DNA of 15,510 nucleotides from a virus (Duplodnaviria; Heunggongvirae; Uroviricota; Caudoviricetes): IMG/VR virus record IMGVR_UViG_2870119041_000006, positions 64,001 to 79,510 of that record; one strand, 5' to 3'. Shown piece by piece: positions 1 to 9,394 of this stretch (position 1 is its first letter; each line of letters starts with the position of its first letter). The notes under the pieces were generated by a model. It saw only the letters and a program-made list of their open reading frames with translations, ran no database searches and was not told where the DNA came from. The position numbers and the translations under genes were made by a program.

Positions 1-248
1 AAATTGCAGATAAGAAATTAAGCTTAATAGCAAATAGTTATTCAAGTTATTCAGAATTTGAGTTTAATGATTTAATATCCATATTACCTGACGATCAAAA
101 GAAAATTATATATATGAAATTTGTTGAAGATATTAAGGAGATAGATATAGCTAAAAAACTTAATATAAGTCGTCAATCTGTATATAAAAATAAAATAATG
201 GCTTTAGAGAGATTAGAACCCATATTGAAAAAATTAATTAATATGTAG
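1..248 (+). CDS. botR: BotR alternative sigma factor (TetR/TcdR-like group 5), 3' part only; 5' end lies outside the window
   Basis: The frame starting at base 3 reads IADKKLSLIANSYSSYSEFEFNDLISILPDDQKKIIYMKFVEDIKEIDIAKKLNISRQSVYKNKIMALERLEPILKKLINM, stop TAG 246-248. It has a sigma region-4 HTH (EIDIAKKLNISRQSVYK) and sits directly upstream of ntnh, as in HA clusters. Not in the ORF track because there is no start codon in the window. Confidence 0.95.
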   Translation, partial: IADKKLSLIANSYSSYSEFEFNDLISILPDDQKKIIYMKFVEDIKEIDIAKKLNISRQSVYKNKIMALERLEPILKKLINM

Positions 249-272
249 TTTATATTTTTAAAAAATTTTAGG

Positions 273-301
273 TTTACAAAAAATAGTGTGGCTATGTTAT
301 A
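273..301 (+). promoter_or_regulatory. BotR-dependent promoter of the ntnh-bont operon
   Basis: TTTACA (273-278), 17-bp spacer, GTTATA (296-301). This matches the known BotR/TetR -35 and -10 consensus. Confidence 0.9.
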
Positions 302-409
302 TATAAATGATAAGAATATACTGAAAAATGTATCCAAAATTTAAGGGGGCGTGTATAGTAAATAATTAAAAGTATGTGCGTTGAAATAAATTTAGGAGGG
401 TGGTTAGAT

Positions 410-3400
410 ATGAATATAAATGACAACTTAAGTATAAATTCCCCGGTAGATAATAAAAATGTTGTAGTAGTTAGAGCTAGAAAAACTGATACGGTTTTTA
501 AGGCTTTTAAGGTTGCTCCCAATATTTGGGTGGCGCCAGAGAGATATTATGGCGAATCTTTGAGTATAGATGAAGAATATAAAGTTGATGGGGGAATATA
601 TGATTCTAATTTTCTTTCACAAGATAGTGAAAAAGATAAGTTCTTACAAGCCATTATTACTTTGTTAAAAAGAATTAATAGTACTAACGCTGGGGAAAAG
701 TTATTATCTTTGATTTCTACAGCTATTCCATTTCCTTATGGATATATAGGTGGAGGGTATTATGCACCTAATATGATTACTTTTGGATCAGCACCAAAAT
801 CTAATAAAAAATTGAATTCTTTAATTTCAAGTACTATTCCATTTCCTTATGCAGGATATAGAGAAACAAATTATCTTTCATCTGAAGATAATAAAAGTTT
901 CTATGCATCTAATATAGTTATTTTTGGTCCAGGAGCAAACATAGTAGAAAACAATACTGTTTTTTATAAAAAGGAAGATGCAGAAAATGGAATGGGAACA
1001 ATGACTGAAATATGGTTCCAACCATTTCTAACCTATAAATATGACGAATTTTATATTGATCCTGCAATAGAATTAATAAAATGTTTAATAAAATCTCTTT
1101 ATTTCTTATATGGTATAAAACCGAGTGATGATTTAGTTATTCCATATAGATTAAGAAGTGAATTAGAGAATATAGAATACTCACAATTGAATATAGTTGA
1201 TTTACTAGTATCTGGAGGCATTGATCCTAAATTTATAAATACAGATCCATATTGGTTTACAGATAATTATTTCTCAAATGCAAAAAAAGTGTTTGAAGAT
1301 CATAGGAATATTTATGAAACACAAATTGAAGGAAATAATGCCATTGGTAATGATATAAAATTGAGATTAAAACAAAAGTTTCGAATCAATATCAATGATA
1401 TATGGGAATTAAATTTAAATTATTTCTCTAAAGAGTTTAGCATTATGATGCCAGATAGATTTAATAATGCACTTAAACATTTTTATAGAAAACAATACTA
1501 CAAAATAGATTATCCAGAAAATTATAGTATAAATGGTTTTGTTAATGGTCAAATTAATGTTCAATTATCTTTATCAGATAGAAATCAAGATATTATAAAT
1601 AAACCTGAAGAAATAATTAATTTATTAAATGGAAATAATGTTTCATTAATGAGAAGTAATATTTATGGTGATGGATTAAAAAGCACTGTAGATGATTTTT
1701 ACAGTAATTATAAAATCCCATATAATAGAGCCTATGAATATCATTTTAATAATTCAAATGATTCTTCTTTAGATAATGTTAACATTGGAGTAATAGACAA
1801 TATTCCAGAGATTATAGATGTAAATCCTTATAAGGAAAATTGTGATAAGTTTTCACCGGTACAGAAAATTACAAGTACTAGAGAAATTAATACAAATATA
1901 CCATGGCCTATAAATTATTTACAAGCTCAAAATACTAACAATGAAAAATTTAGTTTATCCTCAGATTTTGTAGAAGTAGTTTCTTCTAAAGATAAATCTT
2001 TAGTGTATTCTTTCTTATCTAATGTAATGTTTTATTTAGATTCCATAAAGGATAATAGTCCTATTGATACAGATAAAAAATATTATTTATGGTTAAGAGA
2101 GATTTTTAGAAATTATTCTTTTGATATTACTGCAACTCAAGAAATTAATACTGATTGCGGTATTAATAAAGTAGTAACTTGGTTTGGAAAAGCATTAAAT
2201 ATTTTAAATACATCCGATTCTTTTGTAGAAGAATTTCAAAATTTAGGACCAATTTCACTTATTAATAAAAAAGAAAATTTAAGTATGCCAATAATTGAGA
2301 TTTATGGAATCCCTAACGATATGTTAGGATTACCACTAAATGATTTAAATGAAAAATTATTTAACATATATTTAAAAAATATACTTTATTTCAAAAAAGT
2401 TTATTTTAATTTCTTAGATCAATGGTGGACAGAATATTATAGTCAGTATTTCGATTTAATTTGTATGGCAAAACAGTCAATACTAGCTCAAGAAAAGCTA
2501 ATTAAACAAATAATACAAAATAAGCTTCAAGATTTATTTAAAGCTGATATATCAATGGATAAATTAAATTTAATGAACTTAGCTACAGAGAAAACTTTTA
2601 TAGATTTATCAAATGAATCACAAATAGCAATAAATAATATAAATGACTTTTTAAATAAATCAGCTATATGTGTTTTTGATACAAATATATATCCTAAGTT
2701 TATTTCTTTTATGGAACAATGTATTAATAGTGTAAATAGTAATGTAACAGCTTTTATACAAAAGTGCACTAATATCACTGAAGATGAAAAATTACAATTA
2801 ATTAAATTAAATACATTTATGAATATAGATTTTGAGTTTTTTGATATTCAAAGTATTAAAGATTTAATTACTTCTGAAACTGATTTAATTAAAGAAGAAA
2901 AAGAGTCGGATTATAATCTGTTTTTATTTACATTACAGGAAGATAATAACAAAGTAATTGAAGACATATCTGGTAAGAATACATTAGTTAAATATTCAGA
3001 TTCTATTAGTTTAGTTTATGGAGTAAATGGAGATGCATTATATTTAAAAGAACCTGATGAAAGTGTTAGTTTTTCTAATAAGGCTTTTGAAAATGGGTTA
3101 ACTAATAGTTTTTCAATTTGTTTTTGGTTAAGAAATTTAGGAGAAGATATTATTACGTCTAAACTAATAGAAAATAAAGCTGATAATTGTGGATGGGAGA
3201 TTTATTTTGAAAATAATGGATTAGTTTTCAGCATTGTAGATTGCAATGGTAATGAAGAGAATATTTATTTATCCGATGTTATAAGTAAAAATTGGTATTA
3301 TATATCAATTTCCATAGATAGATTAAGAAATCAATTATTAATATTTATTAATGATAAACTTATTGCTAACCAAAGTATTGAACAAATTTTAAATATTTAT

Positions 3401-4003
3401 TCAAGTAATACAATTTCTTTAGTTAATGAAAATAATCCAATATATATTGAAGGATTATCTATTTTAAATAGATCTATTACCAGTGAAGAAGTTGTAAATA
3501 ATTATTTTTCTTATTTAAATAATTCATATATAAGGGATATTTCTGGAGAAAGATTAGAATATAATAAAACCTATGAACTATACAATTATGTATTCCCAGA
3601 AAACTCGTTATATGAAGTTACTGAAAACAATAATATATATTTGTCAATTAAAGATACAAATAACCTTAATATTCAAGGTGCTAAGTTTAAATTAATAAAT
3701 ATTGACGCAAACAAGCAATATGTTCAAAAGTGGGATGAAGGAGTAGTTTGTTTATTAGGAGATGAAGAAAAATATGTAGATATATCCTCTGAAAATAATA
3801 GAATCCAATTAGTTAGCTCTAAAGATACTGCAAAGAGAATAATATTTAATAACGATATATTTAGGCCTAATTGCCTTACATTTGCTTATAATAATAAATA
3901 TTTATCTTTATCCTTAAGAGATAGAAATTATAATTGGATGATATGTAATAATAATGACAATATACCTAAGGCTGCACATTTATGGGCATTAAAAGGGATA
4001 TAA
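410..4003 (+). CDS. ntnh: Non-toxic non-haemagglutinin NTNH (type B, HA-cluster form), 1197 aa
   Basis: The recognisable N-terminus [25 protein letters not shown] begins at ATG 410, preceded by AGGAGG at 394-399, so the track start at 374 is an over-extension. The protein has a BoNT-like architecture, with KCLIK (1079-1093) where BoNT has HExxH. Confidence 0.97.
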   Translation: MNINDNLSINSPVDNKNVVVVRARKTDTVFKAFKVAPNIWVAPERYYGESLSIDEEYKVDGGIYDSNFLSQDSEKDKFLQAIITLLKRINSTNAGEKLLSLISTAIPFPYGYIGGGYYAPNMITFGSAPKSNKKLNSLISSTIPFPYAGYRETNYLSSEDNKSFYASNIVIFGPGANIVENNTVFYKKEDAENGMGTMTEIWFQPFLTYKYDEFYIDPAIELIKCLIKSLYFLYGIKPSDDLVIPYRLRSELENIEYSQLNIVDLLVSGGIDPKFINTDPYWFTDNYFSNAKKVFEDHRNIYETQIEGNNAIGNDIKLRLKQKFRININDIWELNLNYFSKEFSIMMPDRFNNALKHFYRKQYYKIDYPENYSINGFVNGQINVQLSLSDRNQDIINKPEEIINLLNGNNVSLMRSNIYGDGLKSTVDDFYSNYKIPYNRAYEYHFNNSNDSSLDNVNIGVIDNIPEIIDVNPYKENCDKFSPVQKITSTREINTNIPWPINYLQAQNTNNEKFSLSSDFVEVVSSKDKSLVYSFLSNVMFYLDSIKDNSPIDTDKKYYLWLREIFRNYSFDITATQEINTDCGINKVVTWFGKALNILNTSDSFVEEFQNLGPISLINKKENLSMPIIEIYGIPNDMLGLPLNDLNEKLFNIYLKNILYFKKVYFNFLDQWWTEYYSQYFDLICMAKQSILAQEKLIKQIIQNKLQDLFKADISMDKLNLMNLATEKTFIDLSNESQIAINNINDFLNKSAICVFDTNIYPKFISFMEQCINSVNSNVTAFIQKCTNITEDEKLQLIKLNTFMNIDFEFFDIQSIKDLITSETDLIKEEKESDYNLFLFTLQEDNNKVIEDISGKNTLVKYSDSISLVYGVNGDALYLKEPDESVSFSNKAFENGLTNSFSICFWLRNLGEDIITSKLIENKADNCGWEIYFENNGLVFSIVDCNGNEENIYLSDVISKNWYYISISIDRLRNQLLIFINDKLIANQSIEQILNIYSSNTISLVNENNPIYIEGLSILNRSITSEEVVNNYFSYLNNSYIRDISGERLEYNKTYELYNYVFPENSLYEVTENNNIYLSIKDTNNLNIQGAKFKLINIDANKQYVQKWDEGVVCLLGDEEKYVDISSENNRIQLVSSKDTAKRIIFNNDIFRPNCLTFAYNNKYLSLSLRDRNYNWMICNNNDNIPKAAHLWALKGI
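707..851 (+). repeat. Internal direct duplication in ntnh (nLoop region)
   Basis: CTATTCCATTTCCTTATG occurs at 723-740 and 834-851, 111 bp (37 codons) apart. The peptides are [12 protein letters not shown] and [12 protein letters not shown]. Confidence 0.85.
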
Positions 4004-4028
4004 ACTTAAAATAAGGAGGAGAATATTT

Positions 4029-7000
4029 ATGCCAGTTACAATAAATAATTTTAATTATAATGATCCTATTGATAATAATAATATTATTATGATGGAACCT
4101 CCATTTGCGAGAGGTATGGGGAGATATTATAAAGCTTTTAAAATCACAGATCGTATTTGGATAATACCGGAAAGATATACTTTTGGATATAAACCTGAGG
4201 ATTTTAATAAAAGTTCCGGTATTTTTAATAGAGATGTTTGTGAATATTATGATCCAGATTACTTAAATACTAATGATAAAAAGAATATATTTTTACAAAC
4301 AATGATCAAGTTATTTAATAGAATCAAATCAAAACCATTGGGTGAAAAGTTATTAGAGATGATTATAAATGGTATACCTTATCTTGGAGATAGACGTGTT
4401 CCACTCGAAGAGTTTAACACAAACATTGCTAGTGTAACTGTTAATAAATTAATCAGTAATCCAGGAGAAGTGGAGCGAAAAAAAGGTATTTTCGCAAATT
4501 TGATAATATTTGGACCTGGGCCAGTTTTAAATGAAAATGAGACTATAGATATAGGTATACAAAATCATTTTGCATCAAGGGAAGGCTTCGGGGGTATAAT
4601 GCAAATGAAGTTTTGCCCAGAATATGTAAGCGTATTTAATAATGTTCAAGAAAACAAAGGCGCAAGTATATTTAATAGACGTGGATATTTTTCAGATCCA
4701 GCCTTAATATTAATGCATGAACTTATACATGTTTTACATGGATTATATGGCATTAAAGTAAATGATTTACCAATCGTACCAAATGAAAAAAAATTTTTTA
4801 TGCAATCTACAGATGCTATACAGGCAGAAGAACTATATACTTTTGGGGGACAAGATCCCAGCATCATAAGTCCTTCTACGGATAAAAGTATCTATGATAA
4901 AGTTTTGCAAAATTTTAGAGGGATAGTTGATAGACTTAACAAGGTTTTAGTTTGCATATCAGATCCTAACATTAATATTAATATATATAAAAATAAATTT
5001 AAAGATAAATATAAATTCGTTGAAGATTCTGAGGGAAAATATAGTATAGATGTAGAAAGTTTCGATAAATTATATAAAAGCTTAATGTTTGGTTTTACAG
5101 AAACTAATATAGCAGAAAATTATAAAATAAAAACTAGAGCTTCTTATTTTAGTGATTCCTTACCACCAGTAAAAATAAAAAATTTATTAGATAATGAAAT
5201 CTATACTATAGAGGAAGGGTTTAATATATCTGATAAAAATATGGAAAAAGAATATAGAGGTCAGAATAAAGCTATAAATAAACAAGCTTATGAAGAAATC
5301 AGCAAGGAGCATTTGGCTGTATATAAGATACAAATGTGTAAAAGTGTTAAAGCTCCAGGAATATGTATTGATGTTGATAATGAGGATTTGTTCTTTATAG
5401 CTGATAAAAATAGTTTTTCAGATGATTTATCTAAAAACGAAAGAATAGCATATAATACACAGAATAATTATATAGAAAATGATTTCTCTATAAATGAATT
5501 AATTTTAGATACTGATTTAATAAGTAAAATAGAATTACCAAGTGAAAATACAGAATCACTTACTGATTTTAATGTATATGTTCCAGTATATAAAAAACAA
5601 CCCGCTATAAAAAAAATTTTTACAGATGAAAATACCATCTTTCAATATTTATACTCTCAGACATTTCCTCTAGATATAAGAGATATAAGTTTAACATCTT
5701 CATTTGATGATGCATTATTATTTTCTAACAAAGTTTATTCATTTTTTTCTATGGATTATATTAAAACTGCTAATAAAGTGGTAGAAGCAGGATTATTTGC
5801 AGGTTGGGTGAAACAGATAGTAGATGATTTTGTAATCGAAGCTAATAAAAGCAGTACTATGGATAAAATTGCAGATATATCTCTAATTGTTCCTTATATA
5901 GGATTAGCTTTAAATGTAGGAAATGAAACAGCTAAAGGAAATTTTGAAAATGCTTTTGAGATTGCAGGAGCCAGTATTCTACTAGAATTTATACCAGAAC
6001 TTTTAATACCTGTAGTTGGAGCTTTTTTATTAGAATCATATATTGACAATAAAAATAAAATTATTGAAACAATAAATAGTGCTTTAACTAAAAGAGATGA
6101 AAAATGGATTGATATGTACGGATTAATAGTAGCGCAATGGCTCTCAACAGTTAATACTCAATTTTATACAATAAAAGAGGGAATGTATAAGGCTTTAAAT
6201 TATCAAGCACAAGCATTGGAAGAAATAATAAAATACAAATATAATATATATTCTGAGAAAGAAAGGTCAAATATTAACATCGATTTTAATGATGTAAATT
6301 CTAAACTTAATGAGGGTATTAACCAAGCTATAGATAATATAAATAATTTTATAAATGAATGTTCTGTATCATATTTAATGAAAAAAATGATTCCATTAGC
6401 TGTAGAAAAATTACTAGACTTCGATAATACTCTCAGAAAAAATTTATTAAATTATATAGATGAAAATAAATTATATTTGATTGGAAGTGCAGAATATGAA
6501 AAATCAAAAGTAGATAAATACTTGAAAACCAGTATACCATTTGATCTTTCAACGTATACTAATAATACAATACTAATAGAAATATTTAATAAATATAATA
6601 GCGATATTTTAAATAATATTATCTTAAATTTAAGATATAGGGATAATAAGTTAATAGATTTATCAGGATATGGGGCAAAGGTAGAGGTATATGATGGGGT
6701 CAAGCTTAATGATAAAAATCAATTTAAATTAACTAGTTCAGCAAATAGTAAGATTAGAGTGATTCAAAATCAGAATATCATATTTAATAGTATGTTCCTT
6801 GATTTTAGCGTTAGTTTTTGGATAAGAATACCTAAATATAAGAATGATGGTATACAAAATTATATTCATAATGAATATACAATAATTAATTGTATGAAAA
6901 ATAATTCTGGATGGAAAATATCTATTAGGGGTAATATGATAATATGGACTTTAATTGATATAAATGGAAAAATCAAATCAGTATTTTTTGAATATAGCAT

Positions 7001-7904
7001 AAAAGAAGATATATCAGAGTATATAAATAGATGGTTTTTTGTAACTATTACTAATAATTCGGATAACGCTAAAATTTATATTAATGGTAAGCTAGAATCA
7101 CATATAGATATTAGAGATATAAGAGAAGTTATTGCTAATGATGAAATAATATTTAAATTAGATGGTAATATAGATAGAACACAGTTCATTTGGATGAAAT
7201 ATTTCAGTATTTTTAATACGGAATTAAGTCAATCAAATATTGAAGAAATATATAAAATTCAATCATATAGCGAATATTTAAAAGATTTTTGGGGAAATCC
7301 TTTAATGTACAATAAAGAATATTATATGTTTAATGCGGGGAATAAAAATTCATATATTAAACTAAAGAAAGATTCATCTGTAGGTGAAATTTTAACACGT
7401 AGCAAATATAATCAAAATTCCAAATATATAAATTATAGAGATTTATATATTGGAGAAAAATTTATTATAAGAAGAAAGTCAAATTCTCAATCTATAAATG
7501 ATGATATAGTTAGAAAAGAAGATTATATATATCTAGATTTTTTTAATTTAAATCAAGAGTGGAGAGTATATATGTATAAATATTTTAAGAAAGAGGAAGA
7601 AAAATTGTTTTTAGCTCCTATAAGTGATTCTGATGAGTTTTACAATACTATACAAATAAAAGAATATGATGAACAGCCAACATATAGTTGTCAGTTGCTT
7701 TTTAAAAAAGATGAAGAAAGTACTGATGAGATAGGATTGATTGGTATTCATCGTTTCTACGAATCTGGAATTGTATTTAAAGAGTATAAAGATTATTTTT
7801 GTATAAGTAAATGGTACTTAAAAGAGGTAAAAAGGAAACCATATAATTCAAAATTGGGATGTAATTGGCAGTTTATTCCTAAAGATGAAGGGTGGACTGA
7901 ATAA
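4029..7904 (+). CDS. bont/B: Botulinum neurotoxin type B, full length 1291 aa; probably the bivalent B5 subtype
   Basis: Starts MPVTINNFNYNDPIDN with RBS AGGAGG at 4014-4019. HELIH zinc motif at 4716-4730, interchain cysteines C437 and C446 (5337, 5364), SKWY ganglioside motif at 7806-7817, C-terminus DEGWTE. The serotype is certain; the subtype is from memory only. Confidence 0.98.
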   Translation: MPVTINNFNYNDPIDNNNIIMMEPPFARGMGRYYKAFKITDRIWIIPERYTFGYKPEDFNKSSGIFNRDVCEYYDPDYLNTNDKKNIFLQTMIKLFNRIKSKPLGEKLLEMIINGIPYLGDRRVPLEEFNTNIASVTVNKLISNPGEVERKKGIFANLIIFGPGPVLNENETIDIGIQNHFASREGFGGIMQMKFCPEYVSVFNNVQENKGASIFNRRGYFSDPALILMHELIHVLHGLYGIKVNDLPIVPNEKKFFMQSTDAIQAEELYTFGGQDPSIISPSTDKSIYDKVLQNFRGIVDRLNKVLVCISDPNININIYKNKFKDKYKFVEDSEGKYSIDVESFDKLYKSLMFGFTETNIAENYKIKTRASYFSDSLPPVKIKNLLDNEIYTIEEGFNISDKNMEKEYRGQNKAINKQAYEEISKEHLAVYKIQMCKSVKAPGICIDVDNEDLFFIADKNSFSDDLSKNERIAYNTQNNYIENDFSINELILDTDLISKIELPSENTESLTDFNVYVPVYKKQPAIKKIFTDENTIFQYLYSQTFPLDIRDISLTSSFDDALLFSNKVYSFFSMDYIKTANKVVEAGLFAGWVKQIVDDFVIEANKSSTMDKIADISLIVPYIGLALNVGNETAKGNFENAFEIAGASILLEFIPELLIPVVGAFLLESYIDNKNKIIETINSALTKRDEKWIDMYGLIVAQWLSTVNTQFYTIKEGMYKALNYQAQALEEIIKYKYNIYSEKERSNINIDFNDVNSKLNEGINQAIDNINNFINECSVSYLMKKMIPLAVEKLLDFDNTLRKNLLNYIDENKLYLIGSAEYEKSKVDKYLKTSIPFDLSTYTNNTILIEIFNKYNSDILNNIILNLRYRDNKLIDLSGYGAKVEVYDGVKLNDKNQFKLTSSANSKIRVIQNQNIIFNSMFLDFSVSFWIRIPKYKNDGIQNYIHNEYTIINCMKNNSGWKISIRGNMIIWTLIDINGKIKSVFFEYSIKEDISEYINRWFFVTITNNSDNAKIYINGKLESHIDIRDIREVIANDEIIFKLDGNIDRTQFIWMKYFSIFNTELSQSNIEEIYKIQSYSEYLKDFWGNPLMYNKEYYMFNAGNKNSYIKLKKDSSVGEILTRSKYNQNSKYINYRDLYIGEKFIIRRKSNSQSINDDIVRKEDYIYLDFFNLNQEWRVYMYKYFKKEEEKLFLAPISDSDEFYNTIQIKEYDEQPTYSCQLLFKKDEESTDEIGLIGIHRFYESGIVFKEYKDYFCISKWYLKEVKRKPYNSKLGCNWQFIPKDEGWTE

Positions 7905-7970
7905 TATAACTATATGCTCAGCAAACCTATTTTATATAAGAAAAGTTTAAGTTTATAAAATCTTAAATTT

Positions 7971-8014
7971 AAAGGATGTAGCTAAATTTTAATATTAAAT
8001 AAACTACATCTTTT
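7971..8014 (+). terminator. Probable terminator hairpin of the ntnh-bont operon
   Basis: AAAGGATGTAG (7971-7981) pairs with CTACATCTTTT (8004-8014), with one G-U pair. The loop contains the palindrome TTTAATATTAAA (7988-7999). It lies 67 bp after the bont stop codon. Confidence 0.7.
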
Positions 8015-8465
8015 AGCTTATTCATTATAAGTTGTTTGAATATATCTTATGTACAAAAAATTATTATATATTGGTATTAAAAATATGAAGTCAATAATTG
8101 CTATTGAAAATGCTAATAAATAATAGAGATACAATAATATAGTGAATCAGGAATGATGGGAAATACTTTAGTACAAAAAATAAGAGATAAGTATGCTAAG
8201 AAAATAGATGATAGTAATTAGGATAATGATTGCAGAATTATTACTATCCCAAATATTTTATATTAAATAGCAATACGATGTTTTTAAAAAGAATACTATA
8301 ATTTTTAATAGAGAGGTTTAAGGGTTCGCAATAGGAAATATAATTTAGTAAGATTTGAGAGCTTAGATAAAATAGACATTAATAAATGATAAAATATTTA
8401 TGATTTTATATTGTATAAATTAAAGTTTCGATTATTATATTATTTTTATGGGGTTTTCACAGATT

Positions 8466-8828
8466 ATGTCTTTTTCAAGAAAAGAATTTATTAAACAATT
8501 AAAACTACAAGTGCAAAAGATGCTTAATAAACATTAGAGGATTTATTTACGAATACATTTAAAGAAATGTTAGAAGCGAAGCTTGACAATCATTCATGAT
8601 ATTCTAAATATGATTATAAAAACAAAACACTTCAAATAGTAGGCGTGATTATAGTTCTAAAAAGTATTGTCAGATTTAGGAGAATCTTATTTAATTTTAC
8701 CAGGAGATAGAGAAGGATCATTTGAACTGCAGGTTGTTAAGAAAAACTAAAACGATATTTCAGAAATCGAAGATCAAGTAATTGGTAGGTATGCAAAAGT
8801 AATGATAACAAGAGATATAGAAACTCAC
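8466..8828 (+). mobile_element. Degenerate IS256-family (mutator-type) transposase, N-terminal fragment
   Basis: Joining frames gives EDLFTNTFKEMLEAKLDNHS*YSKYDYKNK / TSNSRRDYSSKK / SDLGESYLILPGDREGSFELQVVKKN*NDISEIEDQVIGRYAKVMITRDIETH. These match the IS256 motifs EMLEAELDEHLGY, NSRNG, PRDR.G.FEP and IEDQVI.MYAKGMTTRDI. Stops at 8597 and 8748 plus frameshifts; no DDE core. Confidence 0.85.
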
Positions 8829-9012
8829 TATAACAGTACTAATAAGATATTTAAAAATACACAAATTTAATATGATATAGAAAAAGATTATAATAAATTA
8901 TAAGATATACTTTATGGCTATAAAAGAGTAAATGAAAATTTTCATTAGTTGTATACAATAATTGTAATACAATAGAATTTAGGAGGGTGCTATGTTATAG
9001 TTTAATATCATA

Positions 9013-9041
9013 TTTACTTTAATAAATGTATAAGGTATAAT
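9013..9041 (+). promoter_or_regulatory. Sigma-A-type promoter of the candidate antitoxin sRNA
   Basis: TTTACT (9013-9018), 17 bp, TATAAT (9036-9041). Predicted +1 near 9048. Such motifs can arise by chance in AT-rich DNA. Confidence 0.6.
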
Positions 9042-9047
9042 GTAGGT

Positions 9048-9137
9048 AAAGAAGTTGTTAGTTATTAACAATATGATATATTTCTCAGTTTAAGTGTAAA
9101 TACATTTGTGAAGGTATGTATTTACACTTTTTTATTT
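9048..9137 (+). ncRNA. Candidate antisense antitoxin sRNA, about 90 nt
   Basis: Bounded by a consensus promoter and a strong intrinsic terminator, with no credible ORF inside (only MIYFSV and no RBS). It is convergent with, and antisense to the 3' end of, the small hydrophobic ORF. Confidence 0.6.
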
Positions 9138-9140
9138 TTT
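9092..9140 (+). terminator. Intrinsic terminator (+ strand)
   Basis: Perfect 14-bp stem AAGTGTAAATACAT (9092-9105) / ATGTATTTACACTT (9116-9129), 10-nt loop, followed by TTTTATTTTTT. There is no U-tract on the minus-strand side. Confidence 0.85.
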
Positions 9141-9293
9141 GTAATAAATTTTTAAATTTATTTTTATAAAAAAGATATTTATATTTAATGTAAATAATTG
9201 TAATTTCCTTTGTTTAGGTAAAACCATTGATAATACTATAATTAATACTATCAATGATATAAGTGACAGTATTATTATGTCTACCCTATCCAC
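9132..9293 (-). CDS. Candidate type I toxin: 53-aa membrane peptide
   Basis: GTG start at 9293-9291 with SD GGGGGTGG 6 nt upstream (9307-9300) and TAA at 9134-9132. Translation: MDRVDIIILSLISLIVLIIVLSMVLPKQRKLQLFTLNINIFFIKINLKIYYKK, with a ~20-aa hydrophobic helix then a Lys/Arg-rich tail. It is shorter than any ORF in the supplied track. Confidence 0.7.
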   Translation of the reverse strand: MDRVDIIILSLISLIVLIIVLSMVLPKQRKLQLFTLNINIFFIKINLKIYYKK

Positions 9294-9297
9294 TAGT

Positions 9298-9361
9298 TAC
9301 CACCCCCAAAAATAACCAACAACTTCTTTTGGAGAGAGAATAATAGTATTTGGGGATGGTA
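9298..9361 (-). promoter_or_regulatory. 5'-UTR hairpin sequestering the SD of the small ORF
   Basis: On the minus strand, TACCATCCCCAAATA (9361-9347) is complementary to TATTTTTGGGGGTGGTA (9314-9298), which contains the SD. Confidence 0.7.
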
Positions 9362-9394
9362 CAAAATATATCATAATTTTATTCTCTTAGCTAT

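Noticed and set aside
374..409. 12-codon N-terminal extension of NTNH in the ORF track
   Set aside because: The RBS AGGAGG lies inside the extension, and the known NTNH N-terminus starts at ATG 410.
292..6703. Minus-strand ORFs 292-522, 2527-2778, 4646-4867 and 6452-6703
   Set aside because: They are antisense shadows of ntnh, bont or their promoter, with low-complexity F/I/L/S composition and no RBS.
9092..9129. AAGTGTAAA / TTTACACTT as IS256 terminal inverted repeats
   Set aside because: The arms are only 10 nt apart and followed by a T-run, so a terminator fits better. No IS ends or target duplication could be identified for the remnant.
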